A stretch of DNA of 64,000 nucleotides from Octopus vulgaris (Eukaryota), in assembly GCA_951406725.2 (NCBI GenBank), contig OX597830.1, positions 62,930,001-62,994,000 on the forward strand, written 5' to 3'. The position numbers and the translations under genes are program-made. The notes below the pieces were generated by a model. The model made no database searches, was not told where the DNA came from, and worked only from the letters and a program-made list of their open reading frames with translations. Shown here in pieces: positions 11,089-24,510 of the stretch. How positions within the stretch are numbered: position 1 is the first letter of the stretch; every line of letters starts with the position of its first letter.

Positions 11089-12147
11089 TTAAGGCATTAA
11101 ATTAACGCCGCCGCCACTGAATTTAGGACGTTTATATTACTTATGAGGTTGTTGGGATCTCAAGGGAGTGGCGCAAACCTAGCAATATATGTTTTATTAC
11201 CGGACGATTTTTATGTCCGAGACTAATCGTTTTAAGTTGCAGTGGAAACGCGACCTATTTCCGCAAATAGGCATACGAATATTGTATAAAATTTATTATT
11301 GAAAAATTTACCATATTTTGTACATATGAGTATACAAGCGTGCGTGAGCAATAAAATGGGTCGTTCTGCAAAAGCTAAGCACTCAAACGTCGTCTTCGAC
11401 GGGAGTGTCTGTATATGAACTTGTTCCAATCATTGGATTGCGACCATAGTAGAGCAGTTTGTGTATAACACCTGGAAGCATCTGTGTACGAATGTGGTGT
11501 AGTTTGCGGGTCTGTACGGATTTTAATGCACACAAAGCACACATACACATATCATTTCTACATGGAATATATTGTATATATGATAACAGTTTCCGTTCTA
11601 AATCTGAGGAGCTCGTTTCATGAAGGCATTATGTGAGTTACTGAGTCGATCCGCTCTTCACCTCCCTCTCTTGTCACCGCCACACCTCCTGCTCGATACA
11701 CAAAAGACGCGCGTATTGGCACTCTCCTTTCTCCACCTCTCTATCTCTCTCTCCTTCCTCTTCTCTGTATCTTTTTTCCTACAATCCTCTGTATCTTTCT
11801 TTTCTTTCCTCTCTCTCTCTTCTTTCCTATCTATCTCTCTCTTTTTTTCTCCCTTTATCTCTCAATCTCCCTATCTTTCTATTTCTCCCTCTCCCTATCT
11901 CTCTTCTTTCCTATCTATCTCTCTTTTTTCTCCCTTTATCTCTCAATCTCCCTATCTTTCTATCTCTCTCTCTCTTCTTCCCTATCTATCTCTCTTTTTT
12001 CTCTCTTTATCTCTCAATCTCCCTATCTTTCTATCTCTCTCTCTCTTTCTCTATCTCCCTCCTTCACTTTTTGTCTCTCCTCCTCTCTTCCCTTACATTT
12101 TATTCTCTTACAGTTTAATATTCTTTACTAAACTCTGAAGCTTGCAT

Positions 12148-12184
<37 letters not shown>

Positions 12185-13064
12185 CACATTTGTGTGTATG
12201 TATGCGGTGTCGTCTGCACGTGCCTGCGGGCGCGCCTTATTGTCTGCGTGTATCTATTACTTTCTCTTCCTGTTAGTGTGTATGTATTTACTTAAGTGTA
12301 TATATGTGTGTGTATTAGTGCAACAGTGCTGTTTAAGTGTGTGTGTGTGTGGTGTAGAGATACATATTACAGCTACGATGTAACTACGTGTGTGCGTATA
12401 AGTCTGTATGTATCTATATCTATATATATATGGATATATATGTACGTGCTTTTGTTTGTTAGCATAACATTGCTATTTAAGTGTGTGTATGTTTGTGATG
12501 CGGAGGTACTTAAAACTATCATTCCCGTTGTGATGTATCTATATGTATGTGTGTGTGTGTAAGTTTGCATGTGTGTATATTTCTATATATATGTATGTAT
12601 GTATGTGTGTGTGTGTGTGTGTGTATTAAGTATTGTGCTCATAGGAATGTTCTCGGCATAATTGTAACCAGTGTAAGAGATGGTAACACAATCTGTGTTT
12701 ATATATGTGTGTGTGTGTGTGTTTTATGTATCTGTGCGTGTGTGATATATATAAGCTATGTGTGCGTGTGTCCTTTTGGAAATATGTTTGTGCATACACA
12801 CATGCACACATGCACTCACATAAACACATCTTTAAGCACAAATATGTGCGCATCTGTATATGTATGATGCTTCAGGGCATTGGCCTTGTCAGCCACACGC
12901 GCCCTTTGCAGCCAACGAGGACCAGACCCTCACATCTTCGTTCGCGAACGTGTGTTTGTGTGGCTGTACCCCACTTACATATTTTGCTAAATAACAAGTT
13001 TATCTTTGATAAATTAGTTATATTTCTGTTATACACAAAATATTTTAACAATTTTTTTAAACAA

Positions 13065-13402
13065 GGCGCAGGGAGTGGCTGTGTGGTAAGCAGCTTGCTT
13101 ACCAACCATATGGTTCCGCTTTCAGTCCCATTGCGTGGCACCTTGAGCAAGAGTCTTCTATAACCTGGAGCTGACCAAAGCCTTGTGAGTGGATTTGGTA
13201 GACGAAAACTGAATATATGAGTGTGTGTGTGTGTGTTTGTCCCCCCCACCATCGCTTGACAACCGATGCTGGTATGTTTACGTCTCCGTAACTTAACGGT
13301 TCGGCAAAAGAAACCGATAGAACAAGTCCTGGGGTCGATTTGCTCGACTAAAGGCGGTGCTCCAGCATAGCTGCAGTCAAATGACTGAAACAAGTAAAAG
13401 AG
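13065..13402 (+). mobile_element. SINE family A
   Basis: Same head, body and tail as the 6691 copy. Confidence 0.85.
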
Positions 13403-14010
13403 TATATATATATATATAAATATAAGAATATAAGAATAAGCATATTAAAAGGGGTCCATAAGAAAACTTATTTAAATAAAAGGGTTGGGTGCCACTGGCG
13501 TAGTGAGAGGAGGGACAGTTCCAATTTGCCCTCTCAGGCATAAGTCTGGGCAAGGTTGTTTTATGGAAGACCAGCAGTCGCCCATGCATACCAGCCTCCC
13601 TTTCCCACGCCACTGATGTTGTCCACTGGAAAGGCAAAGGGGCCGATACAGCTTGGCACCAGTGACATCGCAACTCATTTCTACAGCTGAGTGAACTGGA
13701 ACAACATGAAATAGTGTCTTGCTCAAGAACACAACACACAGCCCGGTCTGGGAATCGAACTCACTACCTCATGATTATAAACCCGACACTCTAACCACTG
13801 AGCCATGTGTCTTCGATGGCAGGAAGGAAGTTATTCTCAGTAAAACTTGGTCTAAATGTTTGCGACAGAGTGGATGGACGTCACTAAGGGTGCCCAGGGA
13901 CCATGTGGTGGTGGTGGTGGTGGTGGTGGTTATGGGAGGGTATAACTCTTGTCCATGTTACTATTAACAGTGCTGTTTCTCTACTACTACTACTACTACT
14001 ACTACTATTA

Positions 14011-14045
<35 letters not shown>

Positions 14046-14553
14046 ACTACTACTACTACAGGCCATTATAACAAAGTTAATCAAGACCCTGTGTCCCACT
14101 GTCACCATCACCATGACAACCACCAGCAATCTGGACCTGTCAGTGTCACCTGTTGCTGTTCTCATTTAATTAATTAATTTGAACAGCTATTAATGATTAT
14201 ATTCACGTGTGTGTGTGTGTGTGTGTTTTAACTATAGGTATGTGGTGGTGGTAGGGGGTGTCAGAGCCGAAGAAAGAGAGTAGAAGAAAGAGACTAGACT
14301 TTAAAAAGAGGGTGGGAGAGAGACAGCAGTGTAATGTGGGGTAGAAGAGGGAGTACTATGCATTGTGGGAGCCCTATGTATGATGGCGGTGGGGGACGAA
14401 CTGCTTGGCAAATGGAGATTATCTGTGACACAGATTCAATTGACCCCCCCCCCCCTCTCGACCGAATTCTGAATGTCATTCCCAGCCTCCTCGTTAACTT
14501 TTCTTCACCTCACTACACCAAAGACCCTCTTCCAATAAAGGGTTACGCTGAGT

Positions 14554-14972
14554 AAGGCGGCGAGCTGGCAGAATCGTTAACACGCCGGGCGAAATGCTTA
14601 GTGGTATTTTGTCTGCATTACGTTGTGAGTTCAAATTCCGCCAAGGTCGACTTTGCCTTTCATCCTTTCGGGGTCGATAAATTAAGTACCAGTTAGGCAC
14701 TGGGGTCGATGTAATCGACTTAATCCGTTTGTCTGTCCTTGTTTGTCCCCTCTGTGTTTAGCCCCTTGTGGGTAATAAAGAAATAAATAGGTATTTTGTC
14801 TGCGTTACGTTGTGAGTTCAAATTCCGCCGAGGTCGACTTTGCCTTTCATCCTTTCGGGGTCGATAAATTAAGTACCAATTGCGCACTGGGGTCGACGTA
14901 ATCGACTTAATACCTATGTCTGTCCTTGTTTGTCCCCTCTATGTTTAGCCCCTTGTGGGTGATAAAGAAATA
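14554..14972 (+). mobile_element. SINE family B with tandem duplication of its 3' ~180 bp
   Basis: ~14604-14788 is repeated at ~14791-14972. Confidence 0.85.
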
Positions 14973-15899
14973 GGTTACACTGAGTTTTCGTATATCACCA
15001 GATATCATCATTTATTGTTTTAGCATCCATTTGTCCAGGCTTTCTTTAGCTGGGACAGAGTTTATTGAGGCAAAATTTTCTATGACCAGATCCTTTTCCT
15101 GTCACCAACTCTCACCTGCTTCCAGACAAGGTGATAATTCCCCCCCCCCCTTGGTGGCCAGGCATGTTTTCACAAAATAATAGAAATAAACGACCCTGCT
15201 TGTATGACAGCGACACTCATTTACAATTATCATGTGATGTGAAGACAAGGAGACACACACACACACATTTACACATTTGTTCCATTTGTGAGCAAGTTGG
15301 GTGTCAGCAGTGGAGAGTGGGGCATCAATCAGAGTCATCCTGTCTCTATGACAACTCAGTTTGTCATGAGGTCGCCCTTCCCTGCTCCCCACTTATCTTT
15401 ACACACCAAATCTTGTCTATGTATGTAAATAGACACAACAATAGTCAAACACAAGTGATTTGAAATCTAGTCATGTTTTTGTTTTTGTTTTTTTTGCTTT
15501 GCTTTGTCTTTAATTATTTAAAACTATACCACACTGCAACCCCTCCCCAACCATCACCACCACCACCAATACCATCAGCACCATTGCCACTGCAATCACA
15601 AAGACACGGTGTAAAATAGGTGAAATATTTGTGAAAAAGAGAGGACCAGCACACATCACCATAGTCTACATTATCTAACATACTGTTTTAACTCTTTTGC
15701 CAACAACCAGCCTGAACTGGCTGCCCTTGGTACAATGTTACAAATTCCCTGTTTTAAACCAGCTATGTCTGGCCAAAATACTCTACCCCTTTTATGTTCA
15801 AACTGGCCAGATCTGACCTCTCACACCAATCCTAAATTATCAGTCTAAAAATTCACAGTTACCTCATCAAAGTCTCGAACGTATGAAATACTCTCTCTC

Positions 15900-16109
15900 T
15901 TCTACTTGTTTCAGTCATTTGACTGCGGCCATGCTGGAGCACTGCCTTTAGTCGAGCAAATCGACCCCGGGACTTATTCTTTGTAAGCCCAGTACTTATT
16001 CTATCGGTCTCTTTTGCCGAACTGCTAAGTGACGGGGACGTAAACACACCAGCATCGGTTGTCAAGCACTGCTAGGGGGACAAACACAGACACACAAACA
16101 CACCCATAC

Positions 16110-16168
<59 letters not shown>

Positions 16169-16327
16169 CATATATACGACAGGCTTCTTTCAGTTTCCGT
16201 CTACCAAATCCACTCACAAGGCTTTGGTCGGCCCGGGGCTATAGCAGAAGACACTTGCCCAAGATGCCACGCAGTGGCACTGAACCCGGAACCATGTGGT
16301 TGGTTAGCAAGCTACTTACCACACAGC
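15900..16327 (-). mobile_element. SINE family A
   Basis: Reverse-complement full copy with long internal (TA)n. Confidence 0.85.
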
Positions 16328-17865
16328 GATTAATTCAAAACAAGAAAACTGTGGCAAAGCTGTGTGACAGTGTTGTCAGACCATCAAACAACTTGCTTGA
16401 TATTGCATTTTTATACTTCTCCTCTGTTCTATTTTGACATGCGCATTGCGTTTTTACGAATCCAGTGTGCACATGTGCATTCTGTGTTTGTTCATTCTTC
16501 TTTTGCCAGTTCCTACTTAAAACTGTTTACAGATAACAACCGTGTCCACGAACGCAGTTGTGAGATGGTTGTGAAACAACGTAGAGAGATAAGCATTACT
16601 TTTGACTGTATAATGTGATTTCTAAAGGGTTAAAGTGCTCTAAATTACCATCAAAATTTTACGTTAAATTTTCTTCCAAATCCTTTGATGCCAACCCTCC
16701 TGAGACTGCTCCTGGTTCTCTGATACAAACTTCCTGTTATAAAGTAATCTAATTCAAAGCCACCCATCAAAATATGTTAATTTCAGTTCCAAACACCAGC
16801 ATAATAATGGCAAAATTATTTGACTCAATTTTTCATTATTTTCTAAATTAATTAAAACAAAGCTGTTTATTTCAACAGAAATTATAACGACAAAAGAGTT
16901 AATAATGTGAAAGTTATTTTACTAATTTCTCCAATAATTTCTAAGTTAATTGAAGCAAGGGCAACATATTTCAATAGAAATATGGTGACAAAAGGATTAA
17001 TAGACAGTAGGGTGTAATCTCAAAAAGCACTGGTGCTTTTGGGTTTTTTAAAATTATATAATTGGTTGAGTAACCCACAGACTATATTGAAGCTTCCCTG
17101 TGATCTTAAATAGCTTCAGGTCAGCCCTGATTGAATAGGCCTTTGTACAATGATGTTTTGTATTTTTTTAGGGTTACCTTGTCAAGTGAGTTTGTGATTT
17201 GAGAGAGATTTGTTTATTTTTATTCTAGCAGGTCATAAGATGGTGACCTTTTTAGATTTTTAGTCCAACACAGGCATTGCTGTGTAGTTATGAAGTTGGC
17301 TTCTCAACTGTATGTTTTGGAGTTCAGTCCCACTGCAAGGTACTTTGGGCAAGTGTCTTCTACTATGGTCCTGGGTCAATTAAAGCCTTTGTTAGTGGAT
17401 TTGGTAGAAACTGAAAAAAGCACACCATATATATGATGTAACTGCCCAAAACAGTAAGGACATCTGGTAACTTGACTGAGGAAAGAAGGCCACAAATGAC
17501 CTGTCATTTTTTCCCCTGTCCTTCTAATTATTGCTTCTCCTGTCCGCCTTTGTATCTTCTATCTGTCTGAATGTTTTACTGTATTCTATTGTGTTTTTGT
17601 TCCATTTTTATATATATATATATTTATAAGAGCTAAGGAATGGAGTAGATAAGATCCATTCCTTAACTCTTGTATTCTTATTTGCATACCTGGCAACCCT
17701 GATTGCCTACCATGAAATGTAAAGAACTCTTTTCAATTTATCATACTTCAGTAAGAAAAAACGTCCACAACCTTCCCTCTCAATAAACCACTATTGTCTC
17801 TGAAAGTTGTTATTTACTATGGATTGCTTGAAGCTAACTTTCTTCCTACATCACGATCCTTGGAT

Positions 17866-17911
<46 letters not shown>

Positions 17912-19532
17912 TGTGTGTGTGTGTACCTTTTCTTGGCATGTGATGATTGTAAATGAGCATTGCTGTCATACAGTGAGGTTGTTCATTTCCAATATGCTAC
18001 AAAAACATTTCTGGCCACAGGGAAATATTACCTTGCTTGGAAACAGGTGAAGGTTGGTGACAGGAAGGGCATCTGGCTGCCTGTAATAATCTGCTTCAAC
18101 AAATTTCATCTGACTGATTCAAAGAATGGAAAAATGGTGATGATGATGATGTATATTCTTCTGTTACTAAGCTGTAAAAATAAAGAATTCTTTTTCTTGG
18201 AAATGGGTCAAGTGACCTTTCAGAAGATTCATCTTCAGCTTGCATTCCCCACTCCTATTTTCATGTTTCTTTGAAGGCGTAGCTGAATAAAAATAACAAC
18301 TTTGAAACTAGGAGCATTGATGAAAGTTCAGTTACCATTTCAAATAAAAGAATATATATATATATACATATACTGACAAAGAACTATGCAACCACACACA
18401 AGTTTGCTGCCTTCCAATGGCAATGTTCTTTAGTTTCTGTTTATATATGTCGCCGTTGAGCCGAGTACAGACAATACATAAAAACTAGATTGTGACCAAA
18501 CTCGTTTAAAACAACTCAAAATAACAAAATAAGACCCCAACAACAAACAATGTATACATTGACGTAACAATAGCAACATATAAGAGATCAGTATTGCACT
18601 AATAACACTTAGGAGGAAGTTTATTATTGGCAAAATGTAATTACATGTCTGAACACAGATATTTCTAACAATGATAGGAAAGAGTGAGTGATTCTTTAAC
18701 ATGTGCTCTACTGCAGACAGGCAGGCAGGCAGACTGACTGAATGACTGACTGGAACACAGCCCTGAAGAGTTTTTAGTTGAATGAATTGACCCCAATACT
18801 TTTTTTGTTTTTTTTTAAGATTATTCTAAGGGTCCCTTTTGCGGAATTGCTAAGTTACAGGGACAAACCAACACTGGTTGTCAAGAGGTGATGGGGGATA
18901 AACACAAACACATACACACACATGTACACATGATGGGCTTCTTTCAGTTTCCGCCTACCAAATCGAATCACAAGGCTTTGGTTGACCTGAGGCTATAGTA
19001 GAAAACACTTGCCTAATGTGCCAAGCAGTGAGACTGAACTTGGAACCTTGTCGTTGGGGAGCGAACTTCTTATCACACAGCCACACTTCTGCCTATGTTT
19101 AATATTTGCAAACAACTTGCAGATGCAAGTGCTGCCAGTTAAAAGCTCTGCACACCAGACAGTATCTGGCTTATGGGGGTCATCAGGAGGGCATGCACTC
19201 TTGTTTCAGGGCCTTCCTCTCAACAACATTATTGATCACTGCCACCCACCCCATTCAACCGATGCTCCACTTGCCAGATCAACTAGTTACTAGCCTTCAC
19301 TCAGTATTCTTCTAGCCATTGTTCATTGTCTCTTTCTAGTAAAATCCAGTGGCTTGCCTTCTCCATTGTAGCCTGGGTATTGCTCAGGCTGGTATTTGCT
19401 TCCACATGAATCTTGCTGTTTCAACTTATATTAAATCCTTGACTTGAAACTCATATATATATATACCATTATTAATAACAACCTGTTGCCTGCCACTTTT
19501 TATTTATATATATGTATATATATATATATGTA

Positions 19533-19900
19533 GGTGCAGGAGTGGCTGTGTAGTAAGTAGCTTGCTTACCAACCACATGGTTCCGGGTTCAGTCCAGCTG
19601 CGTGGCATCTTGGGCAAGTGTCTTCTACTCTAGCCTCGGGTCGACCAAAGCTTTGTGAGTGGATTTGGCAGACGGAAACTGAAAGAAGCCTGTCATGTGT
19701 TTGTGTGTCTGTGTTTGTCCCCCCAACATTGCTTGACAACTGATGCCAGTGTGTTTACGTCCCCGTAACTTAGTGGTTCAGCCAAAGCGACCGATAGATA
19801 AGTACTAGGCTTACAAAGAATAAGTTCTGGGGTTGATTTGTTAAACTAAAGATGGTGCTCCAGCATGGCCTCACTCAACTGACTGAAACAAATAAAAGAA
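19533..19900 (+). mobile_element. SINE family A
   Basis: Full copy with some CpG decay. Confidence 0.85.
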
Positions 19901-20360
19901 TATATATATATATATATATATACATATACTGACAAAGAACTATGCAACCACACAGAAGTGCCTAGTATCATCTTGATTGAAGTAGATAAACTGCATTAGG
20001 AATCACTTTGACCCAGATTTTGATTGCTGTTGCTGTGGCTTGGTCGCCTGCAGCATTAATATCCTTGAGAGAAGCATGAAATACACAGCCATGTTTATCT
20101 CAGGAAATCAGGTGATTGACTTAGTTTATCTGACTGGTATGTAGGATAAGGAAATGTGTAGTATTATCATTGTGTGATATGAAGGCAAGGGATAGGTGCA
20201 AGCATAGCTGTGTAGTTCCGAAATATGCTTCCCAACCACATGGTTTCAGGTTCAGTCCCACTGAACGACACCTTGGACAAGTGTTTTCTTTTATAGCCCC
20301 AGGTTAACCAAAACTAATGGGAGGGGGGTTGTGGGCAGAAACTAAAATAGGCCTGTCATA

Positions 20361-20418
<58 letters not shown>

Positions 20419-20599
20419 ATCATCATCATCCTCATCGTTTAACGTCCGTTCTCCATGCTAGCATGGCTTGGACGGTTCGACCAGGGATCTGGGAAGCCAG
20501 AAGGCTGCACCAGGCTCCGGTCTTATCTGGCAAAGTTTCTACAGCTGGATGCCCTTCCTAACGCCAACCACTCCGTGAGTGTAGTGGGTGCTTTTTACG

Positions 20600-20637
<38 letters not shown>

Positions 20638-21934
20638 CCACACGCATGTTAATGTCTCCTTGTCTTGACATCATATGACGTTTGTAAATGAGCTTCCCTG
20701 TCACACAAGCTGTGTCCTTCATTTCCAGTCTTCCATGGAAATGTGTTCAGCCAAAGGAAAATATTACCATGCTTGGAAGCAGATGAGGGTCAGTGACACA
20801 AAGGGTATCCGGCTGTAGAAATTCTGCCTCAAGGAATGCTGTCCAACCCGAGCAAGCAAGCGTGGAAGAGTGGACATTAAGATGATGATGGTGATGGCAC
20901 ATAATTACCATCATTTTCACAACTTTCCTTTTCCATGTTGGCATGGGTTGGAAAGGACTTTTTGGAACTGTTTTTATAGCCAGGTACCCTTCTTGAGCCA
21001 ATCCTTTTAGTCACCTCTCATGACATGCAGGGACACATGGCAAAAATAATACACACTTTGAAATCTTATATGTATCTGTGCACACACACACACACACTTC
21101 TTTCTGTAAAGGCCCTCACAAGCTTTTTTTTTCTTACATTTTCCCCAAGCTCACATGTATATATTACACTGTGTAACACAGCTTTTGTTCTTGGGTAGGA
21201 ACTGTTTATTGCCCATTTGAAAGTATAGAAAATGGCTAATATTTCCTTCAAACTTTGCCATTCTTACATTTATGTAAACCACGAAGAATTCCTCTCAACA
21301 CATGGCTATGATGCTACCTCACTAATCCTGGTCATGGTCAGAGATGCATTTGTCAGCCACTAAGGGACACATTCAAGTGGCTGCTGTCAAGCAACTTACA
21401 AGTAAATCTGTGATATTGTGCAGAATATTTGCTATAACGATATTTCTGCTTCAGCAACTCAGTGCTGAATCTGTAATGGAAAACAGGCCAGTTTCAAAAC
21501 ATTGATACCTAGGTTTCAAAAGCAAAGATTGAAGGGACTGAATAGTAGTAATCTCCTTTAGTTTCTAGACAGAAGCAAATAGGAAATAACACTGGTTGAC
21601 CAAAGACAAAAAAATTAAAATTTTGTTACTCAGTGTTATATAATCTCTTTATGTAAAAATACCCCCACATACTCCACTGCCCACTTCCATCCCTGTTCAA
21701 TACTTATGTAAACACACATTAAACCAATTCTGTCACAAAAGACTATTTAAAAGCCATCACTCTCCGATGGCCCACAAATACATTAAATTTTTTTTAAAAT
21801 TGTTTTTGTTGAAAAGGTCAGTGACCCATTTGTGAGCTGCAACCAACCTGTTGCCAATTCTTGTCACACACACACACAAGCATTATATTTGATTGTTAGA
21901 ATCTAATGTTTCCATTCTATTTTTCCATTGACAG

Positions 21935-22076
21935 GTAGTCAGAATGCGTGTGAAAGGACTTCATTTGAATTTCTGCGTAAAGAATTGCCTGTTAGGCTTG
22001 CCAATATAATGAAGGAGATCAACCTTCTGCCAGACAATCTTCTACAAATGCCTTCAGTGGCCATGGTACAGAGCTG
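21935..22076 (+). CDS. PDK: Pyruvate dehydrogenase kinase (mitochondrial PDK family), internal coding exon equivalent to vertebrate exon 2
   Basis: Acceptor ttttccattgacag|GT and donor AGCTG|gtgagt; 142 nt, phase 1 to phase 2. Translates (G)[46 protein letters not shown](W), the PDK N-terminal [21 protein letters not shown] signature. Size and phases match my recollection of vertebrate PDK exon 2. Confidence 0.95.
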
Positions 22077-22960
22077 GTGAGTGATTTCATCCATTTTTAT
22101 CTTCCTTCCTTCTTTGTGGAATAAGGTGCTGCAGTGACTGACCACACAGGCCCCAGGTTCAAATTCACTGCATGCAGGAATTTCTTGGTGGTGGTGGTGG
22201 TGGAGGTACATTTTTTTTTCAGCCCCAGGTAAGGGACCAACATCCTGTTCAGTGGATTATAATCTCAGTCATTTAACCCTTTTGCACAGTGGTTCTCAAC
22301 CAATTTTTACCTATTAAAAAAAAAAAAAAGAAAAATGGTGAAGTTTCCTTTTTGAGTCACACTGATTCATAAAGGTCGGTTTTCATGGTGTATAAATTCC
22401 CCAACTGGACAGGATGCCGATCCATTGCAGGATTACTCATTTTTGCCAAATGAATAAACAGGAGCAATGTGAAATGAAGTGTTTTGCTCAAGAACAAAAC
22501 ATATCACCCAGTCCAGGAATTGAAACAACAATCTTACGATCATGAGTCTAACACCCTAACTACTAAGCTACCTGCCTCCATGGAGAAATCCTTGCAGCCA
22601 TCCATACATACAGGCATATCTTTTGTGGCCGTGTCCCCACTCCCTCTCCCAGCTGAGAGGTCTTTGTCTTGCAGATGCTGGTGCCACATAAGATGCACTT
22701 GTGCTGGTACTGCATAAGATGCACTTGTGCCAGTGCTATGTAAATGCACATAAAAAGTACCCAGTGCATTTTGATTGGTATTTGGAAGGGCATCTGGCCT
22801 TCTCCCCTTGGAAGCATAAAATGGCACAGTCACCCGTGTTTGGGCCTGTGTTCAGTCCCACTGTGTGGTACTTTGGGCAAATATCTTCTACTATAGCCCC
22901 AAGCCTGCCAAAGCCTTGTAAGTTGATTTGCTCAAAGGAAACTGAAAGAAGCCTATTGTA

Positions 22961-22996
<36 letters not shown>

Positions 22997-23819
22997 GATG
23001 AATGTGTGTGTATTTGTGTATGTCTGTGTGTGTGTGTGTTGCGTTTGTCCCCTACCACTGCATGACAAGTGGTGTTGGTTTGTTTATGTCTGCATGATTT
23101 AGCAGTTTGCAAAAGAGACCAATAGAATAATTACTTGACTTCAAAAAACAATAAGTATTGGGGTTTATTTGTTATGCTAAACCCATCAAGGTGGTGCACC
23201 AGCATGGCCCACAGCCCAGTGACTGAGACAGTTGGGAAATACATAGTGCAACAAAATATTCTGCTGACTGGCATTTTATTAAGTGACATATTTAATTTCA
23301 TTGAGAGATGCAAACTCACGGTCACCCTTGTCTGTTTTTTGTCAATGTATGACTACAGTTTGGTTAGTGAGAATCAAGGTGTCCCCTCTCGCTCCTCACA
23401 ACATCATGTTGTTTGCAAGCTTTTGATATTAGGTCAGTCACCCGGTTAATGCTGGATTCAGCTTGATAAGAAATAGTAAAAGTAATTACATACAACTTTT
23501 GTACTCTTCAATGTTAATGCTGTTGATATTATCACAAACAATGAAATATGAGGATTATGATAAGGTAATCACATGTGGAGCAGTTAAATTTGTGTGTGGC
23601 CCCTCTCTGAAACTTCATCGTCATCATGATCAACTTCCAGACATTACAGCCTCAAGTCCCAGGACTGATAGGGTTGGTCAGTTAGTTTCCATGGTGTATG
23701 AATGACCACGATCACAATACTAGCTTTGAACAGGGCACCAGTTTATTGTGGGGTTACTCATTTACAAATTGTGGACTGGAGCAATGTAAAATGAATTGTT
23801 TTACTCCAGAACACCCTTA

Positions 23820-24075
23820 CAACTAGTTATCCCATCATGTATTGTCATTCTTTCATTTTGTTTACCCATCTCAAGGCAACACTCTTTCATTTAGTTATCC
23901 CGTCTTGAAATCAAACCCTCATGTCAAGCTCACCCATCTTGGAGTAATACCCTCTCATCTAGTTAGTCCATATTGGGGTAACCCCTAACATCCAATCTTG
24001 GGGTAACAACCTCTGTTTGTTTGCCCATCTCAAGGCAATACCTCCTTTCATCTTGTTATCCCATCTTGAAGTAAC
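23820..24075. repeat. Degenerate ~35-45-bp minisatellite
   Basis: Repeated TTAGTTATCCCATCTTG(g/a)(g/a)GTAA-like units. Confidence 0.6.
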
Positions 24076-24108
24076 ATAGCACAGCTCACTTTTAAACTGC
24101 TTTCCAAG

Positions 24109-24510
24109 TCATCATCATCATCATCATCATCATTTAGCGTCCGCTTTCCATGCTAGCATGGGTTGGATGGTTCAACTGGGGTCTGGGAAGCCAGAAGGCT
24201 GCACCAGGCCCAGTCTGATCTGGCAGTGTTTCTACAGCTGGATGCCCTTCCTAACGCGAACCACTCCGTGAGTGTAGTGGGTGCTTTTACGTGCCACCCA
24301 CACAAGTGCCAGACGGAGCTGGCAAACGGCCACTGACGGATGGTGCTTTTTACGTGCCACCTGCACGGAGCTGGCAAACGGCCACTGACGGATGGTGCTT
24401 TTTACGTGCCACCTGCACGGGGGCCAGGCGAGGCTGGCAACGGCCACGATCGGATGGTGCTTTTTACGTGCCACCGGCACGGGGGCCAGACGAAGCTGGC
24501 AGCGGCCACA
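24109..24510 (-). mobile_element. Family E element with internal ~47-57-bp tandem units
   Basis: Unit GGATGGTGCTTTTTACGTGCCACC... repeated about 4 times. Confidence 0.75.

Noticed and set aside
17470-17515. CTGAGGA...CAAA-TGAC-ct-GTCA-TT hammerhead-like string
   Set aside because: GAAA box mutated and no convincing stem I or II; at best a dead remnant.
18200-18245. Minus-strand CTGAAGA...GAAA-GGTCA-ct-TGACC
   Set aside because: Lacks the required U before the cleavage site and has no stem I or II pairing.
24280-24510. Regularly spaced repeats resembling a CRISPR array (also 44400-44595)
   Set aside because: The spacers are themselves similar to each other, the repeats lie inside a eukaryotic retroelement, and there are no cas genes; these are minisatellites.
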